A stretch of 63,815 nt of DNA, the filler included, from Octopus bimaculoides (taxonomy: Eukaryota): assembly GCF_001194135.2 (NCBI RefSeq). It is 4 parts of 4 records of this genome, joined end to end, with 100 filler letters (N's around TTAATTAATTAA, not from the genome) between each part and the next. Parts side by side here need not be neighbours in the genome. Positions count along the whole stretch, not along the records: positions 52,029 to 60,207 come from NC_068994.1; positions 60,308 to 63,815 come from NW_026361569.1; 2 more parts are not named here. One strand, 5' to 3'. The notes beneath the pieces are model-generated. The model did no database searches. It was not told where the DNA came from and was given only the letters and a program-made list of their open reading frames with translations. A program made the position numbers and the translations under genes. How positions within the stretch are numbered: position 1 is the stretch's first letter; each line of letters opens with the position of its first letter. Below are positions 53,159 through 63,815 of the stretch, one piece after another.

Positions 53159-53682
53159 CAGGGACCACCAAACTACAGCCTGCGAGGTCAGTTCATCCAG
53201 CCCATCACTGCACTGTAACTTTTGTGTAAATACCTGCAATGAGAGTTCATTTGCCTCTGGTATGGCATCAGTGTTTGGAACAATTTATGCCTGCAAGCAA
53301 ACATTTTCAAAACTGATGTTTGTGAAGTCAGCACATTGAATGGAGTTGACTGATGAACATTTGAAAGCAATTCTTTTGGTTGGATGCGGCAATTCCAAAG
53401 CAAATATTAATGATATCTTAAAAGCTAAACACCAGTTTCACAAACCTCATTAACCTTTTTTGCTGTTTAGTTTGTGAGATTCAGATATGTGTGTACTGGG
53501 TGTGATATAATTATCTTATTGCTAATGTCGCCTTCTTCAATAACTTTTTGGTATATAAATATGTTGGTTGTCTATATTTTTTGTGTATTCACTGTATTGT
53601 ATTGAACAAAATGGTTATGTGATCCTTGTTCGTCATTCTCTCAATTATCTGGCCTGCTGTGAAAAAGGTTTGGTGATGCCTG
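53159..53682 (+). mobile_element. Deleted hAT (Charlie/SPIN-like) element with target-site duplication
   Basis: 15-bp TIRs CAGGGACCACCAAAC vs CAGGCATCACCAAAC; 8-bp TSD TTCTATAC/TTCTACAC; transposase C-terminus MASVFGT.YAC.QTFSKL.FVKSAH*.ELTDEHL. Confidence 0.9.
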
Positions 53683-54006
53683 TTCTACACTATAGTAAAG
53701 AAAGCTGCTTATTAATTAGTTTGGAGCATGTAACTTTCACTAAAAGCAATTAAAGTCTACACCGTCTAAAAAGTTTTTATAAATCCCAATTTTAATACAT
53801 TTTTTATCAAAACATTATTTTTAGTAGTTTATTATTATTGAAGATTTCAATTTCACACTATATTTTCTTTTACCCAAAGCCAGGAACTTTCCAGCACCCC
53901 CTCATAATGCTGTTTTCGAGTTTTTGGTATTATTCTAAATTTATTTACTGAGCAAGTGAGTAGTATAAGGCAAATAAAGGATTTAAATAATTTAAATGTT
54001 ATTTAC

Positions 54007-54224
54007 CCGCTGGGACCTCCAATCCGACTAGTTTTGTGATGAATGTCATTCCATGTAACCATATTTTCCATGTTTGTAGTTCGAGACTTTCCCACTGTAA
54101 ATATCAGCCGCCTACTGAAGGCTAACTGAAGCATTTTTAAAACTGTGGTCCCTTGTTCAGTTTTTGGAAGGTAAGCTGTTCGGTCTGTTCCATAGTAACT
54201 TTTACCAGGATTTGGGTGATTTTT
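54007..54224 (-). CDS. DTX3L-like: Deltex C-terminal domain exon
   Basis: ccaaag|AAA...GG|gtaaat, 218 nt, phase 0-2. [16 protein letters not shown]...[16 protein letters not shown]...[14 protein letters not shown] is the DTC signature and joins the RING exon in frame. Confidence 0.93.
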
Positions 54225-56679
54225 CTTTGGAACAAAAAGGAAAGCAATTCTTAATAAACAATATCGGTTCATAAAAAAGGGTTTTAGAAAGATAAATTAG
54301 AAATAATACTGTACAATATGTTTGAATAATTTACATTAGATTACATGTAATTTAAAAACATGTATAACTACATTTCGTAGTTATTGTTCAACTCCACACA
54401 ATTGGATTTACTCAAACCAAATAGACCTCTGCTCAAAGATGTTTTAGATGAGTGATCATCCCAGCTTTTGTTTGGACAATGTATACAGGACTATATTATC
54501 TAATGGGTTCTTCCCTAACTTAAGACATTAGGATGTAATTTAAAGGATACAAGGTTTTTATTTCTAGCAGGTTGAGCAACTGAGTAAAGCTCATTGCTTC
54601 ACCTAGTTCCTAGTAAATAACATTGGGTAGTGCAATGTAATTCAGGAAAGTAAGTAACAACAACACTGTCGTATTCATAAATACTTGTGTTGGCTCACAG
54701 AGCAGAGATGAAGTTCCTTATGGAGGATAAAGTTTCATGTAACAGATTAGCAGCCTCCATAGAAAATTTATTTCTTCACAAATTATTATCTATGTACAAC
54801 AGGTAGAATATATGTCCAAATTGGGGTAAAATTTTAGCTTTACTAATGGCACAAGTAAACTAGACAATCTGGAGTTTGTCTTCCAGACACACTTTCCACA
54901 TCTTCACTGAGAACTGTACACAGAGGAGCATTGCTAGTTGTAGAACTGAGACTCAAAGAAGTGCATGAAAAACATTTTCATATTTGGGGGGATGATTTCT
55001 GTGACTTGGATTTTATATCAAGCGTCTTCCTTTCTTTGCTATTGCAGAAGCCTGCCCACCTGTCTGAACAGCTGAAGAAATGTTAAGTCACCACTGTTTA
55101 CCATTGGGTAAGTCATGGATGCAGGCATGGCCATGTGGTCGAGCAGTTTATTTTGAAAATATGTAGCTCTAAGTTTAAACCCACAGCACAACAGCCAGGG
55201 CAAGAATTTCATTGCCCCAGATTGATGGCTACTTTTGGGAGTGGAATTTGGTAGAAAATAATGTGAAAACCTGTCATATGTATTTATACATATCTATATA
55301 TATCCCTTGGTGATGCATAAGCTGGGACTCTTGAATGAAATCCCTTGTGATGTTTGCTCTCTCTGGGTTAGAGACAATCCCTTCTTATCCGCATTATCAG
55401 AAATGCAGTGAACCAGTGACTGGCTTGTTGGACACTTATAACTAATCCTGGTGTGGTTCACAAATTGCAATAAAAATGCGTAAATAAAACAAGTCTGAGG
55501 TTAATGAGAGAGGCTCGTCATAGACACTCAAACCTGTTAGAAAAATAACAGCTAAATATCCTTCAAATCATACTTGGCCATCTTTAAAAAAAGAGCAAGA
55601 ATGCATTGGATAATGCAGTCTCATCTATAACAGACTTACTGAAGTCCTTTGTTACCTACAAAGTATAAACCACAAATAACTTTTGTCAACTGTTTTCAAT
55701 TTTCAATTTTATGTTACCGTTTCTGCTTCTCTCTAGTGGGATCCCTACTTTCCATAGCTCTGTTTCATTATCCAACATCCAGCTATTTTTAGGACATCCT
55801 CTTTTCCCACCTCCCTTGCAGATTCAAGGTCAGGGCCTGACATATGTTTACCTGAGGAAGCATCTTCCTCTGCTAGGTCTTCCTGGTTTTAAATTGTCAT
55901 CGATGCTTCTGTAAACATTTTTTTTTTTTTTTTGTAAGTAAGAGGTGTTGAGCCCTATGCAATCCTATTTTCACTTCTTGGAAGAAGCACTTATTAACAT
56001 TATCTCTACAGATAACCTTAACATGTGATTTAACAGCACTGCTAATACAGTAGAACACAGTATTGACTTAAAAAGCATTTAATATACTTTGTGGTACATC
56101 ATGGTTGTGTAACAAAATATCGTGTCCCTACAAGTCATTAATCTTGGAAGGGGTGTTCCATATTAGTGAGGCCTCTATCTTTTGACCTAAGAGCATTTGA
56201 GGCACGTAAGCCACCACACAATGACAAAGACTTGACCTTGTGGTGACCATCTACAACATAACTGAGAAAAAAAAAGATGAAATGGTCATGGCTGGAATGT
56301 CTTTGATCATAAATTTATTCAATTTGAAACTATGTGAAGCAAAACAACTGAATTAAGTCTAACTGCATGAATGAAATGGTATTTGAGCCACCTCATCATT
56401 GATACCTCATACAACTCTTGAATAGTAATATTAGCTTCATCATCATTTAACATTCGTTTTCAATGCTGGCATGGGTTGGACAGCTTGACAGGAACTGGCA
56501 AGGTCAGGGGCCACATCAGGTCTGTTTAGGCATGGTTTTCATGGCTGGATGCCCTTCCTAAATGCCAACCACTTTACAGAGTGTATTGGGTGCTTTTTAT
56601 ATTGCACCAGCAATGTTGAAAAAAGAACAGAAATAGTGTCTGTCCTATTGTGCGCTATAAACATTAAAAAATTTTTTTT

Positions 56680-56895
56680 ATTGCCCACGAGGGGCTAAAC
56701 ATAGAGGGGACAAACAAGGACAGACAAAGGGATTAAGTCCATTACATCGACCCCAGTTCACAACTGGTACTTAATTTATCGATCCCAAAAAGATGAAAAG
56801 CAAAGTCAACCTCGGCGGAATTTGAACTCAGAACGTAACGGCAGACGAAATACTGCTAAGCATTTCATCCGCCGTGCTAACGTTTCTGCCAGGTC
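56680..56895 (-). mobile_element. Same tRNA-derived SINE family (Deltex-like intron)
   Basis: gtcaacctcggcggaatttgaactcagaacgtaacggcagacgaaata, shared with the other copies. Confidence 0.85.
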
Positions 56896-56976
56896 CCCCA
56901 CCTTTAAACATTTCTGTCATCACTTCAATTTAAAAACAAAAAATAAAAAGAAAACATGGAAAATAGGATTACTTAC

Positions 56977-57412
56977 ACCTTGTACTCCACTTGGAATGTG
57001 GTATGATATCTGGTATGATTGAAAATTTTCAAAACCAGGCAAATGGCTAAATGAGTCTTGAACTTGCATCGAAGAAGATGGCTGATTGCCTGTAATCACT
57101 CCGTAGACTTTTAGACATATCGGACAATACTGACCGATTGCAGAGAAACTATGGTCTATGCACAGCTGACAGAATACATGTCCGCAAAGGGATAAAGTTT
57201 TAGCATCAGTAATTGGGCATAGGCAAATCGGACAATCTCCACTCTGTCCTCCAGACGCACCTTCCACTTCTGAAGCATCTTCCACATCTGATGTGGCATC
57301 TACATCTGATGTACTGTCCACATCTGATGTATCATTCATATATGACGCACCTCTTGCATATTTCTCAGGCTGATTTCTGTGACTTGATTTCGCACTGGAC
57401 TTCTTTTTACAG
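56977..57412 (-). CDS. DTX3L-like: Deltex3/DTX3L-like E3 ligase, exon with acidic repeats, RING-HC and start of the Deltex C-terminal (DTC) domain
   Basis: cgttag|C...GGT|gtaagt, 436 nt, phase 2-0. C3HC4 RING CPICLCPITDAKTLSLCGHVFCQLC...CPIC followed by YGVITGNQP, and HLPGF...ISYHIPSGVQG. Confidence 0.92.
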
Positions 57413-59149
57413 CTAACGAATAAATGAATAAAAATATATATATATATATTCACAACATTTAGAATTACTAATGCATTATCTTTTCGCATTGGGAGTTCAA
57501 AGATGTGCTTGTTTATTTTTAGTATGACATCATAGGGCAGGTGTGAGTGGCTGAATATGGCCAGTTTCAACATAAAATAAGTATAATATCGGGGCAGGAT
57601 CTGGTCAACTTAAATTCGAAAGGGATATGTTGTTTGAAATGGAAAAATTGGAAGCACAAGAAATCAGAAAGACATGAAAAACATCATTTCCCTACATCTT
57701 TTACAGAATATGGGCTTGTTTCTAGTGATATCACATTTGTTGACATTTAAATTTATATCTGATTTACGTAATAAATCACAGAAATATTGAGGACTTCATC
57801 AAATAAACATTACAGATTTAATCCACCAGACAACAGTGAATGAGTATACATACATTCTCCGTATGTCTCTTCCTCTATATATATATGTGTGTGTATATAT
57901 TTATATGTAAATGTGAATGTGTGTGTGTATTTATAAATAAATGTGTGCGTGTATGTATGTGTATGTATATGATGGCTGCCCCCTCGTTATCAAGTATGGT
58001 CATTGCACGAAGTTTAACATGTTGTTATCGTGCAGTGCCTGTGCAAGAAGATTTTTTTTTAAGTGAGGAAAGGCTGTGCACTGAGTCAATCCCACTCACT
58101 AAGCAACAGTAGCCATAACCCGAAAAGAAGAACAATTCAACATCATTGGTAACCACTGAGCCGCAGGTTTTATGTCGGAGTTATCCCAGTTGCCTGAGTT
58201 GCCTTCTCCTAGAAGGATGCCCCTAACAAGGGCTAGGGGTCCTTCACTCCCAATGGTTTAACCGCGTGATCGGGTATTCAGTCCGATTATTTCTATGTCC
58301 CNNNNNNNNNNNNNNNNNNNNNNNNNNNNNNNNNNNNNNNNNNNNNNNNNNNNNNNNNNNNNNNNNNNNNNNNNNNNNNNNNNNNNNNNNNNNNNNNNNN
58401 NNNNNNNNNNNNNNNNNNNNNNNNNNNNNNNNNNNNNNNNNNNNNNNNNNNNNNNNNNNNNNNNNNNNNNNNNNNNNNNNNNNNNNNNNNNNNNNNNNNN
58501 NNNNNNNNNNNNNNNNNNNNNNNNNNNNNNNNNNNNNNNNNNNNNNNNNNNNNNNNNNNNNNNNNNNNNNNNNNNNNNNNNNNNNNNNNNNNNNNNNNNN
58601 NNNNNNNNNNNNNNNNNNNNNNNNNNNNNNNNNNNNNNNNNNNNNNNNNNNNNNNNNNNNNNNNNNNNNNNNNNNNNNNNNNCAGTAATATGCAGTGATA
58701 GGACATCCTACATAATCTGGTAGTGGATTCAAGTCAGACCACAGTGTAAGATTTTTCATTTAAATTCTTTCTTTTTTTTTTTTTTAACAATGGCTTAAAA
58801 AAAAAAAAATTAATAAGTGAGATTGAAACCTCTATCAGCTTGCAATGCTATTGAACTAATTATAAATACCTTTATTCAGAAGGTCGTCTCTGCAGCAACA
58901 AGAACAAGCTTAAAAATAGGATATTTATTTAAATCTATTCTCAATAATGATCTGATGCTGTGTTAGATTTAAATATCTCATTTTTTACTGAACCTAGAAG
59001 TGGGAGACCCAGTAAACCAGTAGGTTAATGGCATGGTGAGGCAGAACAACAGCTAAGATATATATAGACATATAAAGGTACATCCACACACACATTAAAT
59101 ACATACATACATACATATATACACACACATACATATGACAAGGTTCTTT

Positions 59150-59290
59150 CAGTTTTTGTTTACCAAGTCCATTCACAAGATTTTGGCTGGCCCAGGGCTA
59201 CAGTAGAAGACACTTTCTTAAGGTGCCATGCTGTAGGACTGAACCAGAAACCATGTGGTTGGGAAGTTAACTTTGTAACACGCTGTCAAG
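59150..59290 (-). mobile_element. Second SINE family (caaggtgcca.gc.gt.ggactgaacc.gaaaccatgtgg)
   Basis: Repeated at about 59750-59850, with more decayed copies at about 8680-8800 and 55125-55260. Confidence 0.6.
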
Positions 59291-59854
59291 GCAAGGAGAC
59301 AGTATCATGCACACACACGCGAGAGGGTGCTGAAAGGCCCGGCTGGAAGCTGAACATTCTGAGTTCTTTTACAGGGGATAGAAAAACTGAAGGACTGCTG
59401 CAATAAGTGTGTCAACCTGAGAGGAGAATATGTTGAATAAAATCATAATTAACTAATCCTCCTGTATTTTCTTTTACCCAAAGCCATATATATATATATA
59501 TATTTATTTATAGGAAGGATAACAAAAGAAAGAAAGAGACCTCAATATTATGTAAATAGAGGAATTTATCTGTAAAAATATGTGACAATTATTCGGGAGC
59601 CATGATAAGACTCCGAGTTTCGGATGCCGGGGTGGGAACCTACACCAACATCTGTTCAGTTATATAAAGTAAACGTAGGCATAAGCAAATTAGACTTTAT
59701 AAATTGACCTGTCTAACTTGATTATCTCTACATTTACTTCTTTACCTGTACAAGGCTTTGGTCAGCCCAACGCTATAGTAGAAGACAGCTTCCCAAGGTA
59801 CCATACAATGGAACTGAAACCAAAACCATGCGCTTGGGAAGCAAACTCCTTATT

Positions 59855-60080
59855 TCTTTACTGCCCACAAGGAGCTAAACATAGAGGGGACAAATAAGGA
59901 CAGACAAACGAATTAAGTTGATTATATCGACCCCAGTGCGTAACTGGTACTTATTTAATCAACCCCGAAAGGATGAAAGGTAAAGTCGACCTCGGCGGAA
60001 TTTGAACTCAGAACGTAGCGGCAGACGAAATACCGCTAAGCATTTCGCTCGGCGTGCTAACGTTTCTGCCAGCTCAGCAA
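59855..60080 (-). mobile_element. Same tRNA-derived SINE family
   Basis: Near-identical to 32375-32585. Confidence 0.85.
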
Positions 60081-60141
60081 ACTCCTTACCACACAACTAC
60101 ACCTGTGACTTTTTGTGTCGGACAAATAAGAGTATATATAC

Positions 60142-60198
60142 CTTTTTTCTTCAGTATTTGCGTTTGATGTTGAATCTGCAGTCGATGGGTGCCACTTG
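60142..60198 (-). CDS. Candidate second coding exon of the Deltex-like gene
   Basis: atttcag|C...AG|gtatat, 57 nt, phase 2-2, KWHPSTADSTSNANTEEK. Phases match both neighbours, but it abuts an N gap and has no recognisable homology. Confidence 0.45.
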
Positions 60199-60468
60199 CT
60201 GAAATTANNNNNNNNNNNNNNNNNNNNNNNNNNNNNNNNNNNNNNNNNNNNTTAATTAATTAANNNNNNNNNNNNNNNNNNNNNNNNNNNNNNNNNNNNN
60301 NNNNNNNTATACACACACATATATACATTTGTGCATGTGTATAATTTCTATTTATAAAATGTGTTTGACAACGTACGTCAGGTTAAAGCATATGAATTGG
60401 TCTAGTATTTTGAGTACATACGTGACCGTCTGGTTGTATGAGTGTATGCATAAAACACACACACACAT

Positions 60469-60522
<54 letters not shown>

Positions 60523-61619
60523 ATCCTGAGATGTCCACACATACATGAGTGCATATTGGCAATTTTCCTCGCAGAGACAAGGACACATACATACTAATAT
60601 ATTTATAGAACAAATTTCTGCGAAAATATATATACGCGCCAAATTTGCATGAATTATATATACATATACACGGTTTTTTTCTTTTTACCACTTATATACT
60701 TCCATGCAAACAGAAATATAAATACGACTAAATACTTATATGCAACTATATATCCGCAGTGTTCTGGGTGTATAAACATAGATGATAGTGAATATATATA
60801 TATATANNNNNNNNNNNNNNNNNNNNNNNNNNNNNNNNNNNNNNNNNNNNNNNNNNNNNNNNNNNNNNNNNNNNNNNNNNNNNNNNNNNNNNNNNNNNNN
60901 NNNNNNNNNNNNNNNNNNNNNNNNNNNNNNNNNNNNNNNNNNNNNNNNNNNNNNNNNNNNNNNNNNNNNNNNNNNNNNNNNNNNNNNNNNNNNNNNNNNN
61001 NNNNNNNNNNNNNNNNNNNNNNNNNNNNNNNNNNNNNNNNNNNNNNNNNNNNNNNNNNNNNNNNNNNNNNNNNNNNNNNNNNNNNNNNNNNNNNNNNNNN
61101 NNNNNNNNNNNNNNNNNNNNNNNNNNNNNNNNNNNNNNNNNNNNNNNNNNNNNNNNNNNNNNNNNNNNNNNNNNNNNNNNNNNNNNNNNNNNNNNNNNNN
61201 NNNNNNNNNNNNNNNNNNNNNNNNNNNNNNNNNNNNNNNNNNNNNNNNNNNNNNNNNNNNNNNNNNNNNNNNNNNNNNNNNNNNNNNNNNNNNNNNNNNN
61301 NNNNNNNNNNNNNNNNNNNNNNNNNNNNNNNNNNNNNNNNNNNNNNNNNNNNNNNNNNNNNNNNNNNNNNNNNNNNNNNNNNNNNNNNNNNNNNNNNNNN
61401 NNNNNNNNNNNNNNNNNNNNNNNNNNNNNNNNNNNNNNNNNNNNNNNNNNNNNNNNNNNNNNNNNNNNNNNNNNNNNNNNNNNNNNNNNNNNNNNNNNNN
61501 NNNNNNNNNNNNNNNNNNNNNNNNNNNNNNNNNNNNNNNNNNNNNNNNNNNNNNNNNNNNNNNNNNNNNNNNNNNNNNNNNNNNNNNNNNNNNNNNNNNN
61601 NNNNNNNNNNNNNNNNNNA

Positions 61620-62321
61620 TATATATATATATGCATACATATATTCATGTATATACAAATTCTTACAATGATGACAAACTTTCTTTTGAATAGTATTATA
61701 TAATTATATAACTGTTTCCTCTCAACACCTCTCTCTCTATATATATATATACATATGTATATATACATATATATATACGCATATGTATATGTATGTATAT
61801 ACACACAGAAACACACACGCACACATATATACAGACACACACAAACGACTCACACACTCGCTCACACACGTACGCACATTCACACACACTTGCATATGTA
61901 TTTCTTATCTGTTTTTACATCACTAATTTTACCTCGCGTCTCTTTCAATGACGGTCAATATACATTCAAATACTCATGTCTATATATATATGTATATTTA
62001 TATATATCCAGTCTCATAAATGTGCATGTGCATGTATGTGTATGCATGTCTATATATGTGTATGTGAGAATTTGTTCCTCTGTGATTGTGTGTGTATGTG
62101 TGTAGATATATACAAACGTATTTCCTTTAGAAGAGAGATTGTTACACCCGGATTTCATTTTGTGAATTGCGTAAATACGGACAAACAAGAATTCTAGCTG
62201 AAGTTTGTGTGTATATATATTCACTTACACACATATACATGCGTACACACATACACATATATACATAATACGCGCATATACATACGTAAACACTTTTACA
62301 CTCACACACACACACAGATAT

Positions 62322-62373
<52 letters not shown>

Positions 62374-62481
62374 GTATGTATATGTGTGTGTATGCCTATA
62401 CGTATAAATTTATACACGTACACACGCATTTTATTAGAGATATATGGACGATCACGCCCAAACATATGTCGTTCATAGTTG

Positions 62482-62527
<46 letters not shown>

Positions 62528-62606
62528 TGTATACATATAGGCATCTATTCTTATATATCTATATGCATACGTATATATATGTATATATATATATGTGCAT
62601 ATACAC

Positions 62607-62641
<35 letters not shown>

Positions 62642-62820
62642 CGTATTTGTATGCTGCTATTCACAAATATGGTTTGTTCACTTCCCTTTTTCGCTCTTCG
62701 TACAACTCACTTTCCTCCGGTGCATAATTATATACACACATACATACATACATGTACACAGCCATACAAACACGTACATATGGGTGCATTTATATATATA
62801 CGAATACATATAGATATATG
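61620..62820. repeat. (TA)n/(CA)n low-complexity field
   Basis: Direct reading. Similar fields at 9960-10640 and 63520-63815. Confidence 0.95.
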
Positions 62821-62879
62821 TATNNNNNNNNNNCGTAGTTATATATACATCCCTTTAGTTTTTTCTTCTTTCTCTATCA

Positions 62880-63310
62880 TTCAATCGCCGTATAGACACT
62901 TTTATACCTACATCCTGTTCCTTTCAATTCACCCCGCTCTACCGACCACTCCTGGAACCTCCCGGTCGCCATATCAACTTCTTTGCTCCGCTATCTTTCC
63001 GTCTATCTTTGTTACATTGTTTTACATATTACCTCTCCGTCGCTCTTCTCCATTCTCTCTGTCACCAACAAACTCTCTCTCTGTCTCTGTCTCTCTCTCT
63101 CTGTTTCTGTGCGATTCTGTTTCGTTATTCAAATCTTCCTTCGTCTTTTACGAATTCTTTAAGACGTACTACTGAATGAACTTAAGGGTAAGCATTGACA
63201 ACGAATACACGTTCACAAGAAAATATATATTCATACGCTTTTATTTTCTCCCACAACGAACAACAAAAATTCTTAAAAAAAAAACTCGCTGCTAAAACAT
63301 CGACATCAAC
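62880..63310 (-). promoter_or_regulatory. CpG-enriched patch, candidate promoter/5' end of the Deltex-like gene
   Basis: CG dinucleotides are visibly frequent here and scarce over most of 44-59 kb; surrounds the candidate ATG exon. Judged by eye only. Confidence 0.3.
62908..62972 (-). CDS. Candidate first coding exon of the Deltex-like gene
   Basis: gatATGGCG start, MATGRFQEWSVERGELKGTGC, ends AG|gtataa in phase 2, matching the next exon. Lies in a locally CpG-rich patch. Confidence 0.45.
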
Positions 63311-63413
63311 AACTACAAAAACAACAGCAACAACAACTTATGCAACTATTAGGAAAAGTAATGATAATTATAGTAATACTCATAGAAACAGTAACAACAA
63401 CAACAACAACAAC

Positions 63414-63444
<31 letters not shown>

Positions 63445-63667
63445 TTAATATGAAGAAAATATTTCAAACATTATTTTAAAATAATGAAAGGAAAAATAGA
63501 CATTATATATAGATCTTTATACACACACACAGACATAATTACATACATATATACATACATTCATACATAAAATGTGTACGTATATATATACATATACATA
63601 CACATGAATACATACATATATATATTTATATGTGTGTGTGTGTGTGTGTGTGAGTGTGTGTGTGTGC

Positions 63668-63712
<45 letters not shown>

Positions 63713-63815
63713 GATATGTATTATATATACATATATATTTTAATATAGCTTTCCATACAATCACACACACACGCATATTTGTATTTATGTAAACGTGTAT
63801 GTATATATATATTAT

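Noticed and set aside
56920-57573. 217-aa single ORF as the complete Deltex protein
   Set aside because: The first 54 and last 16 codons are intronic read-through past clear splice sites at 57412 and 56977.

Overview
Eukaryotic, AT-rich, gapped draft genomic DNA, dense in microsatellites and transposon remnants. The SINE families and repeat landscape suggest an octopus or other coleoid cephalopod (inference). Genes: (1) three phase-compatible plus-strand exons of acylglycerol kinase (AGK: 38722-38820, 45414-45449, 49931-50025), whose 5' and 3' exons are not visible; (2) a compact Deltex3/DTX3L-like RING + Deltex-C E3 ligase on the minus strand (54007-62972), lying antisense after the last visible AGK exon, so probably nested in an AGK intron; (3) a probable unidentified plus-strand multi-exon gene ending at 22287. 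Mobile DNA: RTE, CR1/L2, R4/Dong and HERO non-LTR fragments, Penelope-like elements with inverted terminal repeats, three Helitrons, mariner elements, a hAT element, MITEs, a Gypsy gag relic and several tRNA-derived SINE families. The most notable hidden signal is a set of distinct minimal type I hammerhead ribozyme motifs, several with palindromic stem III: one apparently intact in an AGK intron (40997-41083) and one forming the tail of a tRNA-headed SINE (31744-32010). Most ORF-track entries are microsatellite or N-gap artefacts. All alignments and folds were done by eye; no searches were run.
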